From NCBI GenBank assembly GCA_046498185.1, contig JAWOBE010000179.1, positions 48,583-112,582 of the forward strand: DNA of 64,000 nucleotides, in the 5' to 3' direction. Below are positions 1-8,550 of the stretch, one piece after another. The notes under the pieces were generated by a model, which worked only from the letters and a program-made list of their open reading frames with translations, was not told the DNA's origin and ran no database searches. The position numbers and the translations under genes are program-made. Source of the DNA: Desulfatiglandaceae bacterium. GTDB lineage: Bacteria > Desulfobacterota > DSM-4660 > Desulfatiglandales > Desulfatiglandaceae. Numbering within the stretch: the first letter of the stretch is position 1; the number at the start of each line of letters is the position of its first letter.

Positions 1-1879
1 GCCTTTCAACGGCTTCGGCCAGATCGACCTCCTGAACCCGTTCCCTGGTCGGTCTGCCGCTTGACAGATCATACCCGTGGACACGATAGTAGTCATTGAG
101 CATTTCTTCCCAGCGTTCCGGATCCAGGTACTGCCCTTTGAAAGGCCCTTCCTCCACCGGTATGGATGCCAGTTTTTCCGGTGGTCGAACATCATTGCGA
201 TCCAACCCGGCGTGCAAAATATTGAATAAATGCTCCAACACCTGAAGCCTTGCGCCCTCATTCATCAGGTCTTCTGCAGTATGATTGATCCCGGTTACCA
301 GCTGGTAAAAACGGGCGATCTGCTGCGGGGTGAACAGCCCCAGCTCCATCCACATGGAAGGGAGATAGCAAAGGCCCATCATGTCAACCACGCCCTTGTA
401 ATTTTCATACCACATGACCAAGTCGGCTTTGTTTTCGTAGACGGTAGGATCTTTAACATCGGCGATTCCGAAATAAGCCACGCTCTGTTCCGGGCTGATA
501 CGTTTAGCTTCGACGGCAGGCGCTCCTCTCAAATGCCCACCGCCTTTCGTGCTGGTGATTATCCCCAGCGCCCATGCCTTATGCGAACGCATCGCTGCTT
601 CCATCAAGGCGTTGCCTTGAGCGGTCACTGTCAATCGCTCACTACCGCGCCCCACATGACGCGCAGCCGCAACAACCCCGCCGGCCAAAACATCACCGAA
701 CCCGGTGCGTGAAGCGATTTGCTCTACCAGCCGTAATAGGGGCCGCCCATCAGACCAGCTCAACTTCAACCCCCCTGTGTCACCTTCCTGGATCAAACCA
801 TTTTCAAAGCACTCCACAGCCCAGGCCAACACCGCCGAAGTATGGTCACCATCCAGTCCAAGGCGGTTGGTCAGCAAATGCAACCTCATTACCATTTCAG
901 GGTCGGTTACATCCAGATTCGACGCGAATGCCCTCCAGGAATTCGCCTGAAGGCCTTCACACACTCGTCCCTCTACTCGGTATATCGCACTACAATAAAT
1001 TGGGCACGCGAAACAGGCGTGACGCCGGACCAAATAACGCTCGTCGATTGTTGCGCGGTCGACCCGCGATATAGTCTCATTGTTCCAAAACCCCCGGCTC
1101 ATATTGCGAACCGCGTGGGGCCTGTTTTCCCCGGGCAGCAGATAGGCTGCAAGCGTTCCACCCTGCCTGTGAACACGCACGAACGGGCTTTTTTCGATCG
1201 TTTCGCGGTTGAATCGAAGGACTTCGCTCAGAAGTGCATCCGGATGAGCCGCAGTGACCGACCCGGTACCCCGTACAGCAACGGCCTTGAGATTCTTTGC
1301 ACCGAAGACGGCACCGCTCCCACCATAACCTGCGGCCCTTCCCCTGTCCCCTATAATACATGCAAATTGGACCAGGTTCTCTCCTGCAGCACCAATGCAA
1401 AGAGTCTTTAGACGTGGTTCCTTTTCGAGAAGTTTTATGCGGTTTTCGGTCTCCCAGGTGTCAAACCCGCGAAGTGACTCAGCATCGCGAAAAAATACGC
1501 AGCCGTCTTTTAAATAAAGGTAAACGAGCCGATTGCTTCGTCCCTGAATCACGACATTATCGAATCCGGCGAATTTCATCTCCGGGGCGAAATGGCCACC
1601 CAAATTAGCGGAACCGACACCGCCTGTGATCCGGTTTCGAAAATCCACCGCGAGTCGACTGGCACCAGGTATAAAAGTACCCACCAACGGCCCGGCACCT
1701 AGAATAAGTGGATTTTGCGGATCGGATTCATTAACTCCCGGTTCCTGGAGATCGAAAAGTAAGCGCTGATTTACACCCCGGCCGCCGATCAGTTCAGGTT
1801 CCGGTTCCGTCGTGACGATACGGTACTTTTCGTCCGTTAAATCAATGAAACAAATTTTAACCGTACGCCCGCCAGGCAT
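1..1879 (-). CDS. aor: Tungsten-type aldehyde:ferredoxin oxidoreductase (AOR family); the C-terminus runs off the left window edge
   Basis: Absent from the ORF track because there is no stop codon inside the window. My reverse-strand translation from ATG 1879-1877 stays open for 626 codons. It reads MPGGRTVKICFIDLTDEKYRIV...GAGPLVGT...HACFACPIYC (CxxCxxxC 4Fe-4S ligands)...GLDGDHTSAVLAWAVECFENG...YKGVVDMMGLCYLPS (DxxGLC pterin motif). A purine-rich RBS (GAGAGAGA) lies upstream. Confidence 0.9.
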   Translation of the reverse strand, partial: MPGGRTVKICFIDLTDEKYRIVTTEPEPELIGGRGVNQRLLFDLQEPGVNESDPQNPLILGAGPLVGTFIPGASRLAVDFRNRITGGVGSANLGGHFAPEMKFAGFDNVVIQGRSNRLVYLYLKDGCVFFRDAESLRGFDTWETENRIKLLEKEPRLKTLCIGAAGENLVQFACIIGDRGRAAGYGGSGAVFGAKNLKAVAVRGTGSVTAAHPDALLSEVLRFNRETIEKSPFVRVHRQGGTLAAYLLPGENRPHAVRNMSRGFWNNETISRVDRATIDERYLVRRHACFACPIYCSAIYRVEGRVCEGLQANSWRAFASNLDVTDPEMVMRLHLLTNRLGLDGDHTSAVLAWAVECFENGLIQEGDTGGLKLSWSDGRPLLRLVEQIASRTGFGDVLAGGVVAAARHVGRGSERLTVTAQGNALMEAAMRSHKAWALGIITSTKGGGHLRGAPAVEAKRISPEQSVAYFGIADVKDPTVYENKADLVMWYENYKGVVDMMGLCYLPSMWMELGLFTPQQIARFYQLVTGINHTAEDLMNEGARLQVLEHLFNILHAGLDRNDVRPPEKLASIPVEEGPFKGQYLDPERWEEMLNDYYRVHGYDLSSGRPTRERVQEVDLAEAVER

Positions 1880-2034
1880 TGTTGATTTCTCTCTCTTTAA
1901 TTGTACAGAAAAAATACCTTTATCACAAACCCTTAGTTTAAAAGAAACATCATCAGCAGTCAAGAAGAAGGCCGACATTTATATTGAGAAAAACAGATGA
2001 AAATTATATAAAGATAGTTGCAAAAATAATCAAA

Positions 2035-2051
2035 TTTCTACAAAGTAGAAA
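2035..2051. repeat. Perfect inverted repeat TTTCTAC-AAA-GTAGAAA in the AT-rich gap between the DUF89 gene and aor (operator or weak terminator)
   Basis: Read directly from the sequence: 7-bp arms with a 3-nt spacer. Function unknown. Confidence 0.4.
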
Positions 2052-2088
2052 AATTTTTTTCTTTTTGAAACAAAATAACTTATCATTT

Positions 2089-2943
2089 TCAGCAGGTGAA
2101 GCTGCGACTGTCTTTTAAAACCATTACACCGGTTTCGGTCCCGATATGTTGTGCGATAACCGGGCATTTTACTTTCAATAAAAAAAATATCGGAGCTTTT
2201 TCCCCCGCCAGGCTCTCATAATTGCCCTGCCCTTTGCTTATAATAATATCTGCACTGTTGAAAATTTCTACGAATCGCTCTGAACATCTCTTCAATAGCG
2301 TTCCAGGAGCATCACACCCGGATGAAACAACCCGGGCGACTTCACAGAGGCCGCTTTTTTCTGCGTCTTCGATTGTCGCATCATTTATAATCGGGGCCCC
2401 CCGTACAGCATAGATTACATCTTTTGCAATAGTTTCAATCAGTATTTTATCGAAAATCGTCTCGCCTGCGTTGTCTCCCAGGTAAAGAACCCGCCTCGCC
2501 GCTTCCAGCCGCTGTCGGAAGGATTCATAATCGTCTATCGCGAGCTCCTGGGAAAGAAAACCCTTCATTTCCCGCGCAAGGTCGAAATTCTGATCGGCGC
2601 CGGGGTCGATGACGTTTCCGGCTATCGCCACCAGAACCGAGGTCCGGAGGGTATCCTCCGAACGCTCAACAACCGATTTGAGCTCAGGATAAAAAGATTT
2701 TGCCGTTTCAATGCTTTTTTCCTTGTAGCTCTCAAACGGGTCGACTTTACCGGTCACTTCTCGAACCACCCTGTAAATCAATCTTGCGGTCTCGGGTGGA
2801 GAACTGTCCAGCGGTATATCCGGCACCAATCCCGCAACCCTGTCCAGGATCTCCTTGACCGTTGATTCATCATCGGCGGCAGCCCTTCCGGCGAAAAGAG
2901 CCTGTCTGAAAAAACACGGAATACATTCAAGATATGTGTTCAT
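2089..2943 (-). CDS. DUF89 / ARMT1-like damage-control phosphatase family protein
   Basis: Translation contains the LGDNAGETIFD and ISKGQGNYESL motifs typical of DUF89. I prefer the start at MNTYLECIPCF (ATG 2943), which overlaps the upstream gene stop. The 30-aa track extension looks spurious. Confidence 0.8.
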   Translation of the reverse strand: MNTYLECIPCFFRQALFAGRAAADDESTVKEILDRVAGLVPDIPLDSSPPETARLIYRVVREVTGKVDPFESYKEKSIETAKSFYPELKSVVERSEDTLRTSVLVAIAGNVIDPGADQNFDLAREMKGFLSQELAIDDYESFRQRLEAARRVLYLGDNAGETIFDKILIETIAKDVIYAVRGAPIINDATIEDAEKSGLCEVARVVSSGCDAPGTLLKRCSERFVEIFNSADIIISKGQGNYESLAGEKAPIFFLLKVKCPVIAQHIGTETGVMVLKDSRSFTC

Positions 2944-3739
2944 ATGCCTTAAAACTCTCTTCACCCCCGGCCAGGTGCTGGAAGGCCCGGTCGTATATTC
3001 TATCGATTTGCACGGAGTCCCTGGGAAGAGCACCGCGGATCTTGGGGAGATAATCCCTTTCCCTTACGAGCTGAAAAGTCCTGGGAAAATTCAGATCGTA
3101 GACCCACCCGATCTGAAGCAGTTTGAAGTCGTTCAACGTCTCAAGATCCTTCATTCGAGCCACCCTGCCATTCATCAACGCATCGTATACGTTATCGGAA
3201 ACGCGGTCATCGTCGGACAATCCCAGTTCAAGGCTTCGCTTCCGCCTGTTTTCTGAATTTTGATAATATTCCGTTACCACTCGCAGAATATCGACCTTGT
3301 CCGCATCTCTGAGCAATTTCAAGAAAAACACGCACCGACCGTTCGCTTCAACCGGCAGATCTGCGCGGTTATGAGCCCCGACCGTCCGAAGAATAATATC
3401 GGCCTCTTCAACCTCCAGCCCGTCAACCAGACCTTCCCCTTGTATCACTCTGACTCCGAGGGCACCGTGGTCCTCGGACTTGTGATCGGCAAACGTCCGG
3501 TAACGGCTGTATTGCTCAAACCTGCCGATGTCATGCAAAAGCGCAATGGCTTCGGCAAGCCACAGGTCCTCTTCAGCCAGGCCGAGGCTCCTGCCTATAT
3601 CGAGAATCTCCTCCCGAACCTTGTAGGTGTGCTCGGCTTTTAAATCAATGTTCTCCTGCACAACAGCATCACTCGAGGAAAACCTCTCGACATAATCCCT
3701 GAACCGGGTATTCAGCCATGGTATGTATCCTGATTCCAT
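2927..3739 (-). CDS. HD-domain phosphohydrolase
   Basis: Contains the LLHDIGRFEQ (HD) motif and a downstream DADKVD motif. 270-aa ORF starting at ATG 3739. Confidence 0.8.
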   Translation of the reverse strand: MESGYIPWLNTRFRDYVERFSSSDAVVQENIDLKAEHTYKVREEILDIGRSLGLAEEDLWLAEAIALLHDIGRFEQYSRYRTFADHKSEDHGALGVRVIQGEGLVDGLEVEEADIILRTVGAHNRADLPVEANGRCVFFLKLLRDADKVDILRVVTEYYQNSENRRKRSLELGLSDDDRVSDNVYDALMNGRVARMKDLETLNDFKLLQIGWVYDLNFPRTFQLVRERDYLPKIRGALPRDSVQIDRIYDRAFQHLAGGEESFKAYEHIS

Positions 3740-3780
3740 TTGTCGGCTGATCCGATATCCTTTCTTCGTTAGGCAAAAAA

Positions 3781-3981
3781 TCAGGCGGCTTTTCCGCGTC
3801 CGAACATCACGAAATGCGAATCTATAAGGTCGATGGTTTGGATATCCCCATCAACGAAATGCCTCTCTCCGAATAGGTTTACAAGCCAGAATCCGCTATC
3901 ATCGGCTTCTATCCGAGCCACATCCTTCATGATTTCCTTCTGCTCACCGCCTGAATCCATATACGCCGTGCTCAAACACAT
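3781..3981 (-). CDS. cooT: CooT-family nickel-binding accessory protein
   Basis: A 66-aa product starts MCLSTAYMDSGGEQKEIMKDV..., with the N-terminal Met-Cys characteristic of CooT. GGAGG lies 6 nt upstream of ATG 3981. The length and pattern are collinear with CooT as I remember it from Rhodospirillum rubrum. Confidence 0.75.
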   Translation of the reverse strand: MCLSTAYMDSGGEQKEIMKDVARIEADDSGFWLVNLFGERHFVDGDIQTIDLIDSHFVMFGRGKAA

Positions 3982-4181
3982 AATTGCCTCCAAACAGTTT
4001 TGAATAATCCGGCGGGAGTATTCACCCCCGCCGATGAGAATTCCCTTTTTGTCCTATCAACTTCGGATTCAGTATCGCAATCTGGGTCGAAAAAGCGGCA
4101 GCGTCAAACTTCGCTAGCGCTACCGACCCGGATAGCGACCTCGCCGAATCTTTATAGCAGTTGCTTTGTTATATTATAAAT

Positions 4182-4940
4182 CTATTTTGACGGTAAAAAA
4201 GCATCCAGCACCTTTCCCACTGCATCGAAAGCCTCACCTCGATTGATCACCCCACCGTCAAAACCCGCATCAAAAACCATTGGATCATTCGGAATCTTTC
4301 CAAGTATATCGATGTTCATTCCGTTCAATTCTTTATCGAGTTTTTCGGCGACCTGATCGGAAGGCACCTTGTTCAATACCGCATCAACAGCCTTGCCCAT
4401 TCCGCCTGCCAGCTCTTTTATCTTTTCGGCTACACGCAAGGACTCGTAGGAAGGCTCCACCACAATAATGACCCTGTCTATTCCCTCGTCGATCCCCCTT
4501 CCGAAATGTTCCACTCCGGCCTCCATATCTACAAACGTGACCATTTCGTTACCGGAGCGGAGTTTTTTCAAAAATTCCCGGCTCAACACACCCATCGGGC
4601 AGGCACAACCTTCAAGGGACTGTAGGATCTTTCCGATACTGACCAGAGACAATCCGTCTTTTCTTTCTATATAACTGGAAGGAATATCGTCGATCTCTAT
4701 TTCAGGCTGTTCAAAAATACTGGGCTGCTGCATATTTTTCTTAAGCGCGGATTTTCCTCCGACCATCTCCATTAAGGGGATCGGGGGCTTCTCAAAACCC
4801 AGCATCCTGAAAAGGCCGGAATTTGACTCATCTGAATCCACAACAAGAACTTTGAATCCGCGCTGTCGGGTCAAATTGGCAAGTAGTGTTACAACTGTGC
4901 TTTTTCCGCTTCCGCCTTTTCCACAAACTGATATTTTCAT
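4182..4940 (-). CDS. cooC: CooC-type P-loop NTPase (Ni-insertion / CODH maturation factor family)
   Basis: Has the deviant Walker A motif CGKGGSGKST and the CooC-type CxC motif (EGCACPMG). AGAGG RBS. Confidence 0.8.
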   Translation of the reverse strand: MKISVCGKGGSGKSTVVTLLANLTRQRGFKVLVVDSDESNSGLFRMLGFEKPPIPLMEMVGGKSALKKNMQQPSIFEQPEIEIDDIPSSYIERKDGLSLVSIGKILQSLEGCACPMGVLSREFLKKLRSGNEMVTFVDMEAGVEHFGRGIDEGIDRVIIVVEPSYESLRVAEKIKELAGGMGKAVDAVLNKVPSDQVAEKLDKELNGMNIDILGKIPNDPMVFDAGFDGGVINRGEAFDAVGKVLDAFLPSK

Positions 4941-4991
4941 AATTTAACCTCTGCTCATCTGGAAAATACCTTCTCCGTTCAGGTTCATATA

Positions 4992-5016
4992 TTGCGCCGC
5001 ATTTCCCGCGGCGCAA
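4992..5016 (-). other. Perfect 9-bp stem-loop (TTGCGCCGC-N7-GCGGCGCAA) between the ferredoxin and cooC genes
   Basis: Read directly from the sequence. There is no clear U-tract, so this is more likely an intercistronic stabiliser or attenuator than a strong terminator. Confidence 0.4.
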
Positions 5017-5040
5017 GGACAGCGGAAACTGCAGCGGATT

Positions 5041-5229
5041 TCATACCTCGGTGACGGTGATTGCATCATGTTCACAAACCTCTACACAGCTTTCACAACC
5101 AATGCATTCCTCTGCATTGACAGGTACAGATTTTTCGTCCTGGAGTTCATAAACATCCACAGGGCAAACATCAACGCATTCGCCGCAGCCTACACATTTT
5201 TCCTCATCTACTTCCGGTTTATAACCCAT
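5041..5229 (-). CDS. 2x[4Fe-4S] ferredoxin
   Basis: 62 aa with two CxxCxxCxxxCP motifs (CVGCGECVDVCP and CIGCESCVEVCE). Confidence 0.9.
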   Translation of the reverse strand: MGYKPEVDEEKCVGCGECVDVCPVDVYELQDEKSVPVNAEECIGCESCVEVCEHDAITVTEV

Positions 5230-5347
5230 TCGATTATCTCCTTTATAACATAATTGTTAAAATTTCCACATTCTACGCCTGCATCCGCCGAGTCCGGCTC
5301 CCCGCCCCCTACAACCGCTTCTTTACTCTTTACGGGGCCATCAATTT

Positions 5348-5851
5348 TCATTTCAAATTATAATGACATTCAGGCGGGATGCATAAGACAGGCCTCTTTA
5401 TGAATCTCAGGACTTTTTCCGTCGTGCTCCCGAAAAAAATCGCCTTCATGTCATCTGAATTCCCTTTGCTTCCCATTATGATCATATCTACGTCGTTCTC
5501 AACCGCCTTTTTGTTGATCTCGATACAAGGTGCACCTTCGCAGACAATCATTACCACGTCTTTTTCGTCAATCCCTTCGCTGAGGATAAAATCTTTGAGT
5601 CTTTTTTTTGAATTGATGAACACCTTCTTTTTAATATCACCACTCGTGCCTAAATTTTGTTGCACACAATGCTTGATAAAGTCCTGGTCTATAACATGTA
5701 GCGCCAGGATTTTCCCCCCGTTCACATCGATCCAGGATTTCCCCCGCCTTAAAGCCAGCCTCGAACAATGGGAGAAATCGATGGCCACCAACACACCTTT
5801 GCGTGTTGTATCCATGTGTCCGGCAGATCGCGGCTTTCGGTTCATTATCAT
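5348..5851 (-). CDS. Universal stress protein (UspA family)
   Basis: Shows the VLVAIDFS...MIIMGSKGNS...FFGSTTEKVLRFIKRPVLCI pattern. The true start may be the internal MDTTRKG (5815). Confidence 0.8.
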   Translation of the reverse strand: MIMNRKPRSAGHMDTTRKGVLVAIDFSHCSRLALRRGKSWIDVNGGKILALHVIDQDFIKHCVQQNLGTSGDIKKKVFINSKKRLKDFILSEGIDEKDVVMIVCEGAPCIEINKKAVENDVDMIIMGSKGNSDDMKAIFFGSTTEKVLRFIKRPVLCIPPECHYNLK

Positions 5852-5865
5852 GCACCCGGTTTATT

Positions 5866-6159
5866 TTAGACTTTTCGCAGCCTGACAGCTCCCCTGGGAC
5901 ACTGCTCGACACATCTCCTGCAACCGATGCATCGTTTTTCATCCACTACAGCGATGTCTCCTACCACAATGGCACTTACAGGGCACACTCTTTCGCAAAG
6001 CCCGCAGCCTATGCACGATTCAGAGTCAACAACCGCAATGTACCCCGGCCTTCCAACGTGCCCCTGGATTTCACGGATGCGCCCCTCAAGCAGATCGAGA
6101 CGTGCGCCGATCTCTTGTGCCCTGGCCTTCAGTAGATCCATTTCCGCTCTGGAATTCAT
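5866..6159 (-). CDS. Small 2x[4Fe-4S] ferredoxin with an N-terminal coiled-coil (DUF5320-like) segment
   Basis: Contains [12 protein letters not shown] and [12 protein letters not shown]. Its ATGA start overlaps the stop of the upstream NifX-like gene. Confidence 0.75.
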   Translation of the reverse strand: MNSRAEMDLLKARAQEIGARLDLLEGRIREIQGHVGRPGYIAVVDSESCIGCGLCERVCPVSAIVVGDIAVVDEKRCIGCRRCVEQCPRGAVRLRKV

Positions 6160-6518
6160 AAGATATCCGCTGCGCCTCCCCCCGCTTCACACCCCGGCAT
6201 TCGGAGGTCTTTTCTATAAACATCTCCTGCCAAAAAAGCCTCAAGCACTTCTTCGACAGGCCCTGCGACGAATGGCACAATTCTTATTCTACGCGCTTCG
6301 ATCAGACTTGCAAAAAAATCCGATATTCCTCCGCAGATCAAAATGTTGACGCCAAGTTCAGCAAGCCTTGCCACGCGTGAAAAAGCCAGCCCTTTCTCGA
6401 TCGGCTCGAAATGTTTCCTGACTTTACCGCTTTTTTCAATATCCGCAATAAGCAGCATGCCCGCGGAATCGAAAAGGGGCGATATACGGTTTTCCCAGAC
6501 AGTCAAAGCCACCTTCAT
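6156..6518 (-). CDS. NifB/NifX-family (dinitrogenase Fe-Mo cofactor-binding fold) protein
   Basis: 120 aa reading [28 protein letters not shown]...[11 protein letters not shown], typical of the NifX/NafY-like domain. Confidence 0.7.
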   Translation of the reverse strand: MKVALTVWENRISPLFDSAGMLLIADIEKSGKVRKHFEPIEKGLAFSRVARLAELGVNILICGGISDFFASLIEARRIRIVPFVAGPVEEVLEAFLAGDVYRKDLRMPGCEAGGGAADIL

Positions 6519-6547
6519 CCAAGAAATCCTCCATACTATAATTTATA

Positions 6548-6563
6548 GCAAAAAGCATGCCTA
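6548..6563 (-). promoter_or_regulatory. Sigma-54 (-24/-12) promoter candidate for the minus-strand gene string
   Basis: The minus strand reads TAGGCATGCTTTTTGCTA. GG and GC have the canonical 12-nt register of TGGCAC-N5-TTGCW. The -12 element lies 30 nt upstream of ATG 6518. Confidence 0.55.
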
Positions 6564-6695
6564 AGTTAGCGTTGAATCTGCTTATCAGTTTAATGATGTA
6601 TTTTTGAGTTGTTACAACCGGAAAGCATGAAGGGAAAGAAGTCATATAGTCTTATATATGCAACTCTATATGCTCCTACAGTCTCTGTTATGAGA

Positions 6696-8096
6696 CTATT
6701 CTTTAACTGTCGCCCTATATCGTCCGTCCTTTTCAGGGAGCTTTATCCCAAGCCTGTTGATTTTTCGATACAGGGTACTCTTATGAATTCCTAACTCACG
6801 GCTGGTGGCAAACCGATTGTAGCGATTGCGTTTCAGGGCATCCAGAATCACACGGGCTTCAGCTGTTTGCAGTGCGGTTGTTATGTTTGTTTCTGCAGGC
6901 CGCGAAGAAACAGCCGTGGAAAGATAATCCGGTAGACAGCGAACCTCAATACGGCCTTCGGGGCACAGCACGAAAGCATGTTCGATGATATTCTCGAGTT
7001 CCCTGATATTTCCGGGATAATTATGGAACATCAACAGCGAAACAGCTTCCTGGCTTATTCCTTCAACGGCTGTGCCTCGCAGCCGATTCAACTTATCTAT
7101 AAAATATTTGACCAGCATCGGAATATCTTCCTTCCGTTTACGCAATGGAGGAAGATCCAGGCACACTACATTTATTCGATAAAAAAGATCCTGCCTGAAC
7201 CCTCCGGTTTTCACAAGTTCAGAAAGGTCTTTGTTTGTAGCGGCAATTATTCGCACATCGGCTTCAACGGACACTGTCCCTCCGAGAGGCTGATATGTCT
7301 TTTCTTGAAGTACTCTCAATAGACGTGCCTGAAAAGCCCCACTCAGGTCACCGATTTCGTCGAGCAGAATAGTACCCCCTTCGGCAAGTGCGAAATGCCC
7401 GGGTTTATCCTTAGCGGCATCCGTGAAGGCCCCGGCCTTATATCCGAAAAGTTCAGATTCCAGCAATGTGTCCGGTAGCGCTCCACAATTGATAGCGACA
7501 AAAGGCTTATCGCGTCTCCGGCTCAGGTCGTGAATCGCCCTGGACATAAGTTCTTTGCCTGTTCCTGTTTCACCCTGAACCAAAACCGTGCTGTCGCTTC
7601 CCGCCACCTGCGGCAGAATACGAAAGATCCCGGCCATTGAAGAACTTCTGCTGACCATGTCTCCCAGTTGGTAGCGCCCTTCCAATTCTTTTCGCAATTC
7701 TTCAAGCTGGCTTATGTCCCGGAATGTTTCAACCCCGCCCAGCACCTTTCCCTTCTCATCTTTAAGCAATGAGGTGCATACCGTCACCGGAATCCGGCGC
7801 TTTCGGCTATCCACGATATACGTAGAAGTGTCCACCAAAGTTCTGCCTAGTTTCATCGTGCGCCGAAGCGCACAATCCGATTCGCACATATTAGAACGAA
7901 AAACCTCCCAACAGTGTTTACCCAGTGCCTTTTCCCGAGCAATTCCAGTAATTTTCTCCGCTGCGCCGTTGAATGAAGTCACGCGCCACTCATGATCCAC
8001 GGTGAAAACCCCGTCTGATATACTTTCAAGGATTATTTCCGTTACATGCGAAGGAATTCTATATCGATTGTTTCCCAGGTTCATCAATTTCATCAC
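6696..8096 (-). CDS. Sigma-54-dependent transcriptional activator (PAS - AAA+ - HTH; no receiver domain)
   Basis: Has a PAS-like N-terminus containing HCWEVFRSNMCESDC. AAA+ motifs are GETGTGKEL, GAFTDA (the GAFTGA loop) and ESELFGY. The C-terminus carries the HTH STLYRKINRLGI. Confidence 0.9.
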   Translation of the reverse strand: MMKLMNLGNNRYRIPSHVTEIILESISDGVFTVDHEWRVTSFNGAAEKITGIAREKALGKHCWEVFRSNMCESDCALRRTMKLGRTLVDTSTYIVDSRKRRIPVTVCTSLLKDEKGKVLGGVETFRDISQLEELRKELEGRYQLGDMVSRSSSMAGIFRILPQVAGSDSTVLVQGETGTGKELMSRAIHDLSRRRDKPFVAINCGALPDTLLESELFGYKAGAFTDAAKDKPGHFALAEGGTILLDEIGDLSGAFQARLLRVLQEKTYQPLGGTVSVEADVRIIAATNKDLSELVKTGGFRQDLFYRINVVCLDLPPLRKRKEDIPMLVKYFIDKLNRLRGTAVEGISQEAVSLLMFHNYPGNIRELENIIEHAFVLCPEGRIEVRCLPDYLSTAVSSRPAETNITTALQTAEARVILDALKRNRYNRFATSRELGIHKSTLYRKINRLGIKLPEKDGRYRATVKE

Positions 8097-8534
8097 CGTT
8101 ATCGACCTCGGATGGGCCTCTTCCGAAAGCGAACACCACCTTCATTCGGCACCGTCATAATAATCATCCCTGCCCCCAGGGACACGACCTCAGAGTCGTT
8201 ACTTGACCTGGTTTTCCGGCAATTCCATTTCAACCGGTCGGGATTATTTTAAAAATTTAGCATTTCCAGATGAACCCGGCAAGTACCAGCCGTCATTTGG
8301 AAAGCACAAAAGTATTGATGACAAAGGATACAACAACTGTTGCAAATGGCTACGCATGTCAAACATGCTGATATCACTAGTATTAAAGATAAAAGGCAAT
8401 TGAAAATCCCTCCGGACTGTAGCCGATTTAATCGATCGCCCGATTTTTTCCTTCAAAATAAATATCAGGGCCGGATGTTAAAATACGTTTCTTTTCAGTT
8501 ACCTGGATATGGGCCGGCCCCTTGGGGAACATCA

Positions 8535-8550
8535 TGGCATCAAGGTTGCA
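8535..8550 (+). promoter_or_regulatory. Sigma-54 (-24/-12) promoter candidate for the Hdr-like selenoprotein operon
   Basis: TGGCAT-CAAGG-TTGCA is a near-consensus match to TGGCAC-N5-TTGCW. It lies about 110 nt upstream of the RBS-supported ATG at 8660. Confidence 0.65.

Noticed and set aside
230-1411. Four overlapping plus-strand ORFs from the track (230-712, 574-1074, 705-950, 842-1411).
   Set aside because: They are antisense to a continuous, motif-rich AOR reading frame. Their translations are Pro/Arg/Ser/His-rich with low complexity, and they have no RBS. I treat them as shadow ORFs.
2944-3033. N-terminal extensions in the ORF track, for example at 2089-3033, 24865-25683, 26697-27590, 30098-30874, 33977-34423, 35573-37708, 48015-50675, 57531-58487, 61523-62692, 62755-63459 and 63617-63961.
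   Set aside because: The track uses the first ATG/GTG/TTG after a stop. In each case an internal ATG has a Shine-Dalgarno sequence, a family-typical N-terminus, or avoids overlapping the upstream gene, so I used the shorter coordinates.
3994-4181. The 188-nt gap between cooC and cooT, with the hairpin CGGCGGGGG-TGAATAC-TCCCGCCGG (about 4011-4035), as a possible Ni/Co-responsive riboswitch.
   Set aside because: I cannot match it to the NiCo (czcD) consensus from memory. A simple attenuator or terminator hairpin is equally consistent. It needs a covariance-model scan (Rfam) before any claim.
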